Source of the DNA: a virus
Lineage: Duplodnaviria; Caudoviricetes
Strand: one strand, 5' to 3'
Length of the DNA stretch: 64,000 nucleotides
IMG/VR virus record: IMGVR_UViG_3300017774_004101
Span: 33,362 to 97,361 of that record
Every line of letters begins with the position of its first letter. Position 1 is the stretch's first letter. The translations under genes were made by a program, and so were the position numbers. Of the stretch, positions 1 through 9,525 are shown one piece after another. Under the pieces are notes generated by a model. The model was not told the origin of the DNA. It saw only the letters and a list, made by a program, of their open reading frames with translations, and did not search any database.

Positions 1-282
1 GTACAAGTAAAAGAAGAACACAAAAAAAATCTACCGGCAATTACACACATAGATGGTTCAGCAAGAATACAAACTTTAAATTTTAAACAACATCGTATAG
101 TATATTCCTTGCTTAGACAATTAGAGGAGGATAACGGATATCCAATTGTTTTGAATACATCATTCAACGTTAAAGATAAGACCATTGTAAACACTCCGAA
201 AGATGCAATAGATACATTTTTAGATTGCGATATGGATACATTAGTGCTTAACAATTACATCGTTAAGAAAAAAATAAAATAG
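1..282 (+). CDS. Carbamoyltransferase (NodU/CmcH family), C-terminal part; truncated by window start
   Basis: Frame 1 translated by hand: LPAITHIDGSARIQT...YPIVLNTSFNV...IVNTPKDAIDTF, the NodU/CmcH C-terminal motifs; TAG at 280-282. Not in ORF track. Confidence 0.9.
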   Translation, partial: VQVKEEHKKNLPAITHIDGSARIQTLNFKQHRIVYSLLRQLEEDNGYPIVLNTSFNVKDKTIVNTPKDAIDTFLDCDMDTLVLNNYIVKKKIK

Positions 283-297
283 AATACAATTAATAAG

Positions 298-320
298 AAA
301 GGAGTTTATCTCCTTTTTTT
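298..320 (+). terminator. Intrinsic terminator
   Basis: AAAGGAG-tttat-CTCCTTT hairpin running into a T tract just after the carbamoyltransferase stop. Confidence 0.75.
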
Positions 321-375
321 ATTTATAACTATATTTATTGTAGAGATTTGTAACCAACTCATACGAACACCTAAA

Positions 376-1203
376 ATGAATATCATACAAGAATGTATTA
401 TAGTTTCTAAAGAAATAGATGATAAATTTATTTTAGCAAAGAATCGTGATAGAGGATATCATCCTAAATTAGAAGTAATCCACGAATTAATCGATGGAGT
501 TGAAGTTGCGTATTTACACGATGAGGTAACTGATTGGAGTGAGGGTATGAATGAGTATGGTTTGGGAGTAGTTAATTCAGCACTTTTAGTTGGATACGAT
601 GAGGCGGAAGGAAAGTTGATTCAAAACATGAGAGGATATGGAGCAGATGGTGCGAAGATGAGAAGTATATTCTCAAAGAAAACTCTTAAAGAAGCAATCA
701 AAGCAACAATAGTTTGGAAGGGAAATAAAAATAAAGGATTATCTGGCCATACATTTATTTCTACCCCTAAACAAATGGTAAGTGTTGAAAATATACCAAA
801 TCTTAAACCTCAATTAGAATTACAAAATACGGAGAGTCCCGTTGTCCGAACAAATCACGGCCACGTTTATGTTGGTACGGGTTATTCTGATGGTAAAAAG
901 TATCTAAGTTCTAAAATGAGAAAATTAAGTGCTGAAAAGATAATTGATAAAATTACTGATTGGAAACAAGTAGGTATTGCATTAAGAAAACAATTCTTTA
1001 AAAAAGATAGTGTATTAAATATGAGAAAGGATACTCCTAAAATGTGGACATCATCTCAAACTATAATGAACTTAACCGAAACCATATTAGAGGTAAACTA
1101 TTACGACCATAAAGTTAAATCATTTAAAGGAATTATCAATAAACTACCTAAAGGATATACCCCTAAAATCCAAATTATTATAAACAAACTAGAAAAGGAA
1201 TAA
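376..1203 (+). CDS. Ntn-hydrolase (peptidase C45/C69-like, Cys nucleophile)
   Basis: C7-IIV...ILAKNRDR, EGMNEYGLGVVNS and VRTNH motifs typical of Cys Ntn-hydrolases. Confidence 0.7.
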   Translation: MNIIQECIIVSKEIDDKFILAKNRDRGYHPKLEVIHELIDGVEVAYLHDEVTDWSEGMNEYGLGVVNSALLVGYDEAEGKLIQNMRGYGADGAKMRSIFSKKTLKEAIKATIVWKGNKNKGLSGHTFISTPKQMVSVENIPNLKPQLELQNTESPVVRTNHGHVYVGTGYSDGKKYLSSKMRKLSAEKIIDKITDWKQVGIALRKQFFKKDSVLNMRKDTPKMWTSSQTIMNLTETILEVNYYDHKVKSFKGIINKLPKGYTPKIQIIINKLEKE

Positions 1204-1207
1204 TGCA

Positions 1208-1312
1208 ATGGCAGCCACAAAAAAAGAAGTAAAAGATAAGAACCGAAAAAAACTTGCTAAAAAGACAGTATCAGAACAGCAGAAAAAAGGAAATTATAAA
1301 AAGAAATCTTAA
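1208..1312 (+). CDS. Small Lys-rich peptide (34 aa)
   Basis: MAATKKEVKDKNRKKLAKKTVSEQQKKGNYKKKS fills the gap between the upstream stop and the terminator; below ORF-track cutoff. Confidence 0.55.
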   Translation: MAATKKEVKDKNRKKLAKKTVSEQQKKGNYKKKS

Positions 1313-1317
1313 TTGAG

Positions 1318-1345
1318 AAAAACCCCACTAAAATGGGGTTTTTTT
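1318..1345 (+). terminator. Intrinsic terminator, possibly bidirectional
   Basis: AAAAACCCCA-ctaaaa-TGGGGTTTTT stem with A and T tails. Confidence 0.85.
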
Positions 1346-1383
1346 ATTCCTTATATTTATATAATGAACTTAATTATAAAAAT

Positions 1384-1794
1384 ATGAGTATACATTTTGA
1401 GTTATTTCCGGGCAAGGATTTAAGTGGATTGTTTAAAGACATCTATGATAACCAACAAAACAAAAGAAAAAGAATTTCTGAATTAATAGCAGAAATGAAA
1501 AATATTATTCGTCACGCAGGTGATATGGCAGTTATCGGCCCAATCATAAAAGACCTAGTCGATGTATCGGTTAGGAACGATGATTCTCTAATAAAATTAG
1601 CAGCAATTGCACAAAGAATAATTAGTGCGAATTCAAAATCCGAAGGAGATGTTGGGTTCTTATCTGATGCAGAAAAAGAACAATTATTAAAAGAAATTGA
1701 AATAACTGTCTTAGAGGTAAAAGATGAACAAGATGCTAAGGTTGATGAGTTAACAAACGAAGTAGAAGAGATAAAACAAAAAATTAAAAAGTAA
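1384..1794 (+). CDS. Hypothetical helical protein; start revised from 1333 to 1384
   Basis: ATG 1333 lies inside the terminator hairpin; ATG 1384 is in frame and follows the ATATTTATA motif at 1353. Confidence 0.7.
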   Translation: MSIHFELFPGKDLSGLFKDIYDNQQNKRKRISELIAEMKNIIRHAGDMAVIGPIIKDLVDVSVRNDDSLIKLAAIAQRIISANSKSEGDVGFLSDAEKEQLLKEIEITVLEVKDEQDAKVDELTNEVEEIKQKIKK

Positions 1795-3062
1795 TGGCTA
1801 CTAGTAGATTAGGTATATCAAATAGTGGGTTCAACCCCAATTCAACATCTACAGCAGGAAGTGCGAGTAACACAGTAGGTATTGTAGTAGATATTATATT
1901 AGATGACACAAGTGAGTTATTACTTAAATATGATTTTAGCGAAGTAGAACAAAAAAATACATCTACTATTGGATATGCCGCAATAAGACCAGTAAAAGAT
2001 GCTACATCTGCTACTAAACAAAACAAAGCATATCCACCATTTAATCCAGAAGAAGGTATTCCATTAGTAGGTGAGACAGTTCAACTTATAGATGTAGCAG
2101 GTAAATTGCATTATAAAAGAACGGTCACTGGAAATATTAATATAGGTAATGCTAGAAAAGATGTAGATATTAAAACATATCCACATACTCAACCAGCTGG
2201 AAGTGATACTAATGAACTTAGTACTGTCAGTGCTACCGGTACACCAAGTGGAGGGAGTGGTACTGATGATAGAAAAACCGAAATAGGTAAATACTTTAAA
2301 GAACAACAAGTTAATCCCCTAAAATTATATGAAGGTGATAAAGTAATACAATCACGATTTGGTCAATCAATTCGTTTTAGTGGATACAATAATGGTGATG
2401 GTGAAGATAGAAAATTTGCACCAACTATCATTTTAAGAAATAGACAAAATAGTGAATCACTTAATAAACTAAAAAAAGGGTCTTTAACGGAAGAAGATGT
2501 AAATAAAGATGGTACAATTATTGCAATTACATCAGGTGATTACAAATTAAATTTCCAACCAGGTATTATTGATGATGGTGGTTCTTCAAATTTTGAAACC
2601 AAACCAACTCATTTTGAAGCGTATCCATCGGAACTAAAAGGTAGTGACCAGTTATTAGTAAATTCGGAAAGAATTATAATATCTGCTAAATCTAAAGAAA
2701 TGATTTTCTATTCAAAAGGAAATTATGGATTTATATCAGATGGTAAAATGTCAATTGATAATGGTAAAGCTGGTGCAGATTTAGATTTTAATGGTGATGT
2801 TAGAATTACAACAAATGATAACAATACTTACATCTTAGGTGGTAAAGGACAAATATATCTTAATACCGAAAGTGATGCCGAACCATTAGTGAGAGGTGAA
2901 ACCTTGCAAGGATTGTTAGGAGAACTTATTGATGCTATTAATGCACAGATATTTAAAACCCCTTCTGGTCCAACTGCAACTGGTCCTGAAAATAGAGGTA
3001 CATTTAACGATATTAAAGGTAGATTAGAAAAATTCAAATCAACTTTAAATTTTACTGAATAA
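1794..3062 (+). CDS. Baseplate hub / central spike protein (gp5/gpV-like)
   Basis: PLVGETV OB-fold-like motif, EGDKVIQSRFGQSIRF, beta-rich repeats, C-terminal EPLVRGETL...TPSGPT; upstream of gp25/gp6. Confidence 0.6.
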   Translation: MATSRLGISNSGFNPNSTSTAGSASNTVGIVVDIILDDTSELLLKYDFSEVEQKNTSTIGYAAIRPVKDATSATKQNKAYPPFNPEEGIPLVGETVQLIDVAGKLHYKRTVTGNINIGNARKDVDIKTYPHTQPAGSDTNELSTVSATGTPSGGSGTDDRKTEIGKYFKEQQVNPLKLYEGDKVIQSRFGQSIRFSGYNNGDGEDRKFAPTIILRNRQNSESLNKLKKGSLTEEDVNKDGTIIAITSGDYKLNFQPGIIDDGGSSNFETKPTHFEAYPSELKGSDQLLVNSERIIISAKSKEMIFYSKGNYGFISDGKMSIDNGKAGADLDFNGDVRITTNDNNTYILGGKGQIYLNTESDAEPLVRGETLQGLLGELIDAINAQIFKTPSGPTATGPENRGTFNDIKGRLEKFKSTLNFTE

Positions 3063-3063
3063 G

Positions 3064-4311
3064 ATGTCATTAGAAATATTCAAACAAAATATGTTGAGTT
3101 ATATGCAAAACCAAGCAGGAATTAGTTCCTATGGTGCTTTTGCAAAAAAACTTACATTAGAATATGATATGGCAGTTAAAAGAGGATTTGATTCCGTTAA
3201 TAATATTACAGTTGCAAAGGGTAATACTGAATTAATGGAGAGTACCTTAAATGGTATTCTTGCGACAGCATTCCAACAACCATCAGGTGAACATCCTATT
3301 ATTACTAATATGGGGCCTGCGTTTCTAGCTTATTGGACAGGTGCAACGATGAGTCAAGTCCCACCTCCAATTATACCATCTCCTGGTGCAATTATAAATA
3401 TTGTGACAGTTAGTAGTATGATTACAAATCCCGGAACTTGGCAACCAACTGATATACAAAGTTTAGAACCAATATTAATAAAACCAACGGATGCTGCTTC
3501 TGATGCACCTGTTGGAAAAGTATTTGAAGACCCATATGAATTATCAGATGAAGATATTGAGGTGAAAAAAGAAGAAATTAAAAGGGCATCTAACACAATT
3601 AATAATTCCGGTGCAACGGAAGAACAACGTGATGGTGCTAGAGAATATATTGATAAAACACAAAAAGAAATTGATACAAGACAAGCAAATTCAATAGAAT
3701 CGAATGAACCTATAAATTCAACTCCGGTTAAAATTGATGGTAATGTTGATACTTCATGTCCTATTGGATTAAAGGTAGTTGAATTTGCTAAAAAGGATGT
3801 TGGTATATTAGAAACCGGTACAAAAGCAAATAAAGGTGCAGGACTAAACTATGGTGGAAATCAAGCGGGTGGAGAAACCCCACCGGGTAAACCTGGTCGT
3901 ATTGATATAATGGTTCAATTAACGGGATTAGATAATCAGGGACAGGTCCGAGCAACAGGTGAGGGATATTACTGGTGTGCAGCTGCAGTAACTGCTTGGT
4001 GGAAATCTGCGGGGTTAAAAACACCTCCTGGTTCTGCATCTTGTAGGAATTGGGCTACATGGGGTAAAAAAAATGGTACATATAGTAAATCACCTAAGAT
4101 TGGTGCTGCAGCGTTGTATGGACCTGAAGGTAAGGAACATCACATTGGAGTTGTAGCAGCAATATCAAAAGATGGTAAAATAACTACAATAGAAGGAAAT
4201 ACCGGCGGTGGTGGATTCAATAGAAATGGATGTGGATGTTTTGTAAAAACTCCAAAAGTATCAACTATTTCTGGTTTTGTAATTCCACCAACTTGTGTGG
4301 ATAAAAAATAA
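3064..4311 (+). CDS. Baseplate-associated protein with C-terminal CHAP peptidoglycan hydrolase
   Basis: YWCAAAV (Cys), HHIGVV (His) and TIEGNT CHAP motifs. Confidence 0.8.
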   Translation: MSLEIFKQNMLSYMQNQAGISSYGAFAKKLTLEYDMAVKRGFDSVNNITVAKGNTELMESTLNGILATAFQQPSGEHPIITNMGPAFLAYWTGATMSQVPPPIIPSPGAIINIVTVSSMITNPGTWQPTDIQSLEPILIKPTDAASDAPVGKVFEDPYELSDEDIEVKKEEIKRASNTINNSGATEEQRDGAREYIDKTQKEIDTRQANSIESNEPINSTPVKIDGNVDTSCPIGLKVVEFAKKDVGILETGTKANKGAGLNYGGNQAGGETPPGKPGRIDIMVQLTGLDNQGQVRATGEGYYWCAAAVTAWWKSAGLKTPPGSASCRNWATWGKKNGTYSKSPKIGAAALYGPEGKEHHIGVVAAISKDGKITTIEGNTGGGGFNRNGCGCFVKTPKVSTISGFVIPPTCVDKK

Positions 4312-4333
4312 AATTATAATATAGTTAAACGAA

Positions 4334-5314
4334 ATGGCAAAACCAACAGATGATTCGGCAGTATTTTTAGACCAATTGATTGCATCAATTCAAACCCATC
4401 TGCCCACTATTCAAGGGATGTATTTAACCACTTCGTTATATCCACCACTATTAACACCTGGGCCGGGTGCAATCCCATTCGTTGGTTATACAATACCACC
4501 CGCGGGGAAGGGTACTCCGGCTGGAGGTAGTAATAGTATACCAGCAACACCTGAAGAAAAAGCAGCAGAACAAAAACAAGTTGAAGAAGCTATAAAATTA
4601 TCACCAGAACAAGAAGCTATAGCAGATGATGCTACTGAAAAGGGATATGGTATAAACGAATCTACCTCAGCAGGTTTAAGTGGTCAATCACAATCAAGTC
4701 CTGCAATTAGAAATAATGATAGTAGTAATGCATCACAAAATAGTGAAGATTCCACTGCAGTCCAAGCAACTAATTCCGAAAGAATTGAAGAGTGTGGAAA
4801 TGTAAAATTAAAAGAACCACCACAAGTTGTGATTGATGCGATGCGTAAATGGGGTATAACTACTCCATTACAAAAGGCACACTTTTTAGCTCAATGTGCA
4901 CATGAGAGCGGTAATTTTATTTATACAAAAGAAATATGGGGGCCATCTGCAACTCAACAAAGGTATGAGGGTAGAAAAGATTTAGGTAACTTACAAGCGG
5001 GAGATGGGTTTAGATATGCTGGACGGGGTTATATCCAACTTACAGGTCGTGCAAATTATACTCAATTTAGAAAAGGTGTTTCTGATGATGTAGTTGCAAA
5101 CTCTACATTAGTTGAAAAAAAATATGTTGCAGAAACTGCGTGTTGGTTTTGGAGAACTCGTAAATTAAATGAAGCAGCAGTAGATGATTCGATGGGAACA
5201 CTAAAATATATTACAAAACGAATTAATGGGGGGTACAATGGATTGGAGGATAGAAAACAAAAATTTTGTGGATATTGGAAAAAATTAAAAGAAAATCCCA
5301 ATTTGTACTCATAA
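4334..5314 (+). CDS. GH19 chitinase-like lysozyme with N-terminal extension
   Basis: AHFLAQCAHESG, YAGRGYIQLTGRANY, TKRINGGYNGLEDR. Confidence 0.9.
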   Translation: MAKPTDDSAVFLDQLIASIQTHLPTIQGMYLTTSLYPPLLTPGPGAIPFVGYTIPPAGKGTPAGGSNSIPATPEEKAAEQKQVEEAIKLSPEQEAIADDATEKGYGINESTSAGLSGQSQSSPAIRNNDSSNASQNSEDSTAVQATNSERIEECGNVKLKEPPQVVIDAMRKWGITTPLQKAHFLAQCAHESGNFIYTKEIWGPSATQQRYEGRKDLGNLQAGDGFRYAGRGYIQLTGRANYTQFRKGVSDDVVANSTLVEKKYVAETACWFWRTRKLNEAAVDDSMGTLKYITKRINGGYNGLEDRKQKFCGYWKKLKENPNLYS

Positions 5315-5368
5315 AAATGCAAAATACTCAAAACATATATTTATAGTAAGTTAACAAATATTTTTAAA

Positions 5369-6001
5369 ATGGATTCTAAAAAATTAGCACAACTAATCAA
5401 ATTAGTTGTAGAACAAGAAATTAAGAAACAGCTTCCTAAAATGATTAAAGAGGAAGTTAGTAAGTTATTGAACGAAACTTCTGCTCCAAAACCTAAAAAG
5501 GATATTTTGGAAGAAGTTGACCCGTTTGAATTAGCAACTCTATTATTAGAAAAAGATAGAACAACAACTACTGCTATTAAAGAAGAAGTACGACAAGTTC
5601 AACCAACAAAACAATTGAGTAGAAATTCAACTATAAATGAAATATTAAATCAAACAAAACCATTTACTGCTGCACAAAGAAGTGCAGGACAAGTGGGAGG
5701 TGGTTCATCTATTTTAGATAATTACCAAATGGAACAACCAATAAATGAAGGTTACACAAATTCACACATTCCAAACTATATGGATGCGGAAGCTGATATA
5801 GATGAAACAATATCATACGGAGGTGGAGCACAAGGTGGGATTGAAACAATGAGAAGTCAAATGGCTTCTAAAATGGGATATGGTGATATGGGAGGAAGTG
5901 GTATTAAAAAAGGTGGGTTAGGTGTTACGACTGGATTAGCAGGATTAGACAGAATTTTAAATAGAGATAATTCGGAATTAGTTAAGAGGTTTAAGAAATA
6001 A
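5369..6001 (+). CDS. Hypothetical protein, possibly virion-associated
   Basis: 210-aa ORF with own upstream motif; N-terminal ...IKEEVSKLLNE leader and internal INE sites. Confidence 0.6.
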   Translation: MDSKKLAQLIKLVVEQEIKKQLPKMIKEEVSKLLNETSAPKPKKDILEEVDPFELATLLLEKDRTTTTAIKEEVRQVQPTKQLSRNSTINEILNQTKPFTAAQRSAGQVGGGSSILDNYQMEQPINEGYTNSHIPNYMDAEADIDETISYGGGAQGGIETMRSQMASKMGYGDMGGSGIKKGGLGVTTGLAGLDRILNRDNSELVKRFKK

Positions 6002-6002
6002 T

Positions 6003-6434
6003 ATGGCTTATGTACTTGGTAGTAAAATTGTAAAGGATACGAAAGAATTTGATTCTTACGCGTACGGGATAACTTTACCTATTAAAAAGGGTAATACTGG
6101 TTATTTTGAACAAGCCTTTACATCTTTCGAACAAGCAAAAGCAAATTTAAAAAATTTACTATTAACGGCAAAAGGTGAAAGAGTAATGCAACCAGAGTTT
6201 GGTACGGGATTACAATCACTTTTGTTCGAACCAATGGATGATATGTTTGAAGACAAATTACAAGATGTAATTACCCAAACTGTTAGTTATTGGTTACCAT
6301 ATATTAATATTGAACAAATTGATGTAGAAATGACTGATGCTATGAAAGATAAACACACAGCATATATGACAATTCAGTTTACGGTCGGAAATACAATTGA
6401 AACACAAGAAATAACTTTTACAGTTAGGGGATAA
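6003..6434 (+). CDS. gp25: Baseplate wedge protein, gp25-like
   Basis: NLKNLLLTAKGERVMQPEFGTGLQSLLFEP signature of GPW/gp25. Confidence 0.9.
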   Translation: MAYVLGSKIVKDTKEFDSYAYGITLPIKKGNTGYFEQAFTSFEQAKANLKNLLLTAKGERVMQPEFGTGLQSLLFEPMDDMFEDKLQDVITQTVSYWLPYINIEQIDVEMTDAMKDKHTAYMTIQFTVGNTIETQEITFTVRG

Positions 6435-6439
6435 TAATA

Positions 6440-8458
6440 ATGGCATTAAATAGTATAACAAGAAAAAGTAATCAAGGTAGAGATATAAAATATCTTAATA
6501 AAGATTTTGCCGGTTTCCGTCAAAATTTAATTGAGTACGCAAAAACTTATTTCCCACAAACATATTCAGATTTTAATGAAACCTCACCGGGTATGATGTT
6601 CATAGAAATGGCATCGTATATTGGTGATGTTTTGGGATATTATATAGATGATACATTAAAAGAATCCTTAATGTTATATGCAGAGGATAAAGAAAATGTT
6701 ATCGCACTTGCACAATATTTAGGATACAAACCAAAAGTAACATCACCTGCATTAGTAAGATTGTCAGTTTATCAATTAGTTCCTGCAACCGGTCAAGGAC
6801 CAAATAATAGACCAGATTCTGATTATTTTCTTAGAGTTAAAGAGGGAATGGTAGTAGAGGCAAATACAACGGGTACACTATTTAGAACAACTGAATTATT
6901 AGATTTTAACGTTGAAGATGAAAGAGAGATTACAATATATAGAAAAGATACTAACAACGAACCGACCTTTTATTTAGTTAAAAAGTATGTTAATGCAATA
7001 TCTGCAGAATTAAAGACAGTAGATGTTTCATTTGGAACTGCACAAGAATTTTCAAAAATAGATTTGGCAGAAACAAATATAATTCAAATATATGATGTAA
7101 GAGATAGTAGTGGAAATAAATGGTATGAAGTTCCCTATCTTGCACAAGAGATGGTATTTGTTGATTATGCGGTATCAAATCAAACTGATAAGGATTTAGT
7201 TCAATTCAAAGATTCAGTTTCAAATATTTTGAAGTTAATAAAAACTTCTCGTAGATTTGTAACAAAAGTAAATTCAGATAATACTACAACTATTGTGTTC
7301 GGTGGTGGTAATTCTACTTCATCTGATGAAACTCTTATACCAAACTTCAAAAATGTAGGATTAGGATTAAATTCATCAATAGATAATTTAGGTGCATCAT
7401 TTGACCCTGCAAACTTTTTAAAGACAAGAAGTTATGGTCAAGCACCCGCTAATACTACTATTACAGTTTCGTACTTAGTGGGTGGCGGTATAACTGCAAA
7501 CACACCAAAAGGTGAAATAAATAGAATAACAAACGTTTCATTTGATGAAGATACAATTTCACTTAGTGGAGATGAATTATCAACATACAAAGTAGCTAAG
7601 GGTTCAATAGCAGTTGAAAATGAAACAGCAGCAAACGGAGCAAGAGGTGCAGAAACCATTGATGAAATCAGAGAAAACGCCCTAGCAACATTTGGTTCTC
7701 AAAATAGAGCAGTAACTCGTAAAGATTATCAAGTAAGAGCCCTATCACTTCCTGCAAAGTATGGTGGTATTGCTAAAGCATATTGTGCACCTGATGGGGA
7801 ATTGGATAACAACTCACCATCGTCTATCCTTGCAAATCCAGATACTCTAAGTGAATTCACAGGTATTGTAACAAGTTTACAAGGTAAGAGTGAAATGGAA
7901 ATTAAAGATGCGGTTAACAAATTTTTAGTAGGAAAGAAAAATAATACAAACGAAAAGAATAATCCATTTGCAATTAACTTATATATTTTAGGATATAATT
8001 CTAATAAGAATTTAGTACAAATCGGAACAAATCAAGCATTAAAAGAAAATCTTAAAACTTATTTAAATGAATATCGTTTGTTGACAGATGGTGTAAATTT
8101 AATGGATGGGTTTATTATAAACATTGGGGTTGATTTTGAAATTAGAACTTATAGTGGATATAATAAAAGAGAAGTATTAGTAAGGTGTATTGATGAAATT
8201 ACAAATTATTTTAATATAGATGATTGGACATTTAATATGGCAATTAACATAAGTGAATTAGAATTATTAATTGCAGGAATAGAAGGAGTTCAATCAGTTC
8301 CAAAATGTGAAATAGTAAATAAATGTTTAGGTCAATATTCAAGTAATTCATATAACATTGCAGAAGCAACAAAAGGTAAAATGGTATACCCATCATTAGA
8401 CCCATCAATATTTGAAGTTAAGTTTCCAGCAAAAGATATTAAAGGGAGGGTTGTTTAA
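6440..8458 (+). CDS. gp6: Baseplate wedge protein, gp6/baseplate J-like
   Basis: YLNKDF...SDFNETSPGMMFIEMASYIGDVL, GAETIDEIRENA...QNRAVTRKDY; follows gp25. Confidence 0.88.
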   Translation: MALNSITRKSNQGRDIKYLNKDFAGFRQNLIEYAKTYFPQTYSDFNETSPGMMFIEMASYIGDVLGYYIDDTLKESLMLYAEDKENVIALAQYLGYKPKVTSPALVRLSVYQLVPATGQGPNNRPDSDYFLRVKEGMVVEANTTGTLFRTTELLDFNVEDEREITIYRKDTNNEPTFYLVKKYVNAISAELKTVDVSFGTAQEFSKIDLAETNIIQIYDVRDSSGNKWYEVPYLAQEMVFVDYAVSNQTDKDLVQFKDSVSNILKLIKTSRRFVTKVNSDNTTTIVFGGGNSTSSDETLIPNFKNVGLGLNSSIDNLGASFDPANFLKTRSYGQAPANTTITVSYLVGGGITANTPKGEINRITNVSFDEDTISLSGDELSTYKVAKGSIAVENETAANGARGAETIDEIRENALATFGSQNRAVTRKDYQVRALSLPAKYGGIAKAYCAPDGELDNNSPSSILANPDTLSEFTGIVTSLQGKSEMEIKDAVNKFLVGKKNNTNEKNNPFAINLYILGYNSNKNLVQIGTNQALKENLKTYLNEYRLLTDGVNLMDGFIINIGVDFEIRTYSGYNKREVLVRCIDEITNYFNIDDWTFNMAINISELELLIAGIEGVQSVPKCEIVNKCLGQYSSNSYNIAEATKGKMVYPSLDPSIFEVKFPAKDIKGRVV

Positions 8459-9522
8459 TGTATACTTTTTTAACAGCATCAAAAGATGCAACAATCTATA
8501 AATTACAACCAACACAAAACACTGGTTTAGATGAGATATTAGAAATATCTGCAGTTTATTACGGGAATTCAAAAGATGTTGCCCATACTCTAATAAAGTT
8601 TGAAACAACTGCTCTTTCTGCATCTCTTGCTAGTGGTGCGGTTACTATGAGTTCTGCTGAATTAATTCTTAGAGAATGTGAAGCAAATGAAATACCAATA
8701 GATTATGTAATCTATGCAAACCCAATTACACAAAGTTGGGATATGGGAATCGGCACTCGTTTTGATGATATCTCAACGGATGGTGTTACTTGGAATCATA
8801 GAACAACTGGGATAGATTGGATTACAAATGAATTATATATTACAGGCAGTGTAACGGGTTCATATAATGGTAAGGGTGGAGTGTGGTGGACTGGTTCGGC
8901 AACATCACAATCATTTAGTTATCAAAGTGCAGATATTAATATGAATGTAAAAACTATGTTTACTTCGTGGGTATCGGGTTCATTGCCAAATGAGGGTATA
9001 ATTTTAAGACATTCAAGTGTATTAGAAAACGATGAGGAAGATTACGGACAATTAAAATTCTTTGCAAAAGAAACAAATACTATATATCAACCAAAAGTTA
9101 GAATTGGTTGGAATGACCAATCATTTATAACCGGTTCGTTAACTCAACTGACTTCTGATGATATTCATGTAACATTTAAAAAATTAAAAACAAAATATAA
9201 AGTAGGAAGTACTCCTGAAATTGGAGTTTTTGCTAGAGAAAAATACCCACTTAAAACTTATTCAAATTCATTTGCATATAACGATATAAAATATTTACCA
9301 TCTACAACGTATTATCAAATTAAAGATGTGATTACTGATGAAATTATTGTTCCATTTAGTGATTATACAAAAGTAAGTTGTAATAGTAATGGAAATTATT
9401 TTAAATTAAATTTAACAAATTGGGAAACTAATAGAAGTTATTATGTTGAAATAAAAATAGATAGAAGTGGTGTAATAGAATATTTTTCAGATAAAGATTT
9501 AACGTTTACAATAGAGAAATAA
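8458..9522 (+). CDS. Putative baseplate/tail structural protein
   Basis: Stop/start overlap with gp6; beta-rich; ASKDATIY start reminiscent of DNRLRE-type domains. Confidence 0.5.
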   Translation: MYTFLTASKDATIYKLQPTQNTGLDEILEISAVYYGNSKDVAHTLIKFETTALSASLASGAVTMSSAELILRECEANEIPIDYVIYANPITQSWDMGIGTRFDDISTDGVTWNHRTTGIDWITNELYITGSVTGSYNGKGGVWWTGSATSQSFSYQSADINMNVKTMFTSWVSGSLPNEGIILRHSSVLENDEEDYGQLKFFAKETNTIYQPKVRIGWNDQSFITGSLTQLTSDDIHVTFKKLKTKYKVGSTPEIGVFAREKYPLKTYSNSFAYNDIKYLPSTTYYQIKDVITDEIIVPFSDYTKVSCNSNGNYFKLNLTNWETNRSYYVEIKIDRSGVIEYFSDKDLTFTIEK

Positions 9523-9525
9523 AAT

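Noticed and set aside
1333-1383. N-terminal extension of ORF 1333..1794
   Set aside because: It overlaps the terminator and promoter motif; ATG 1384 is the better start.
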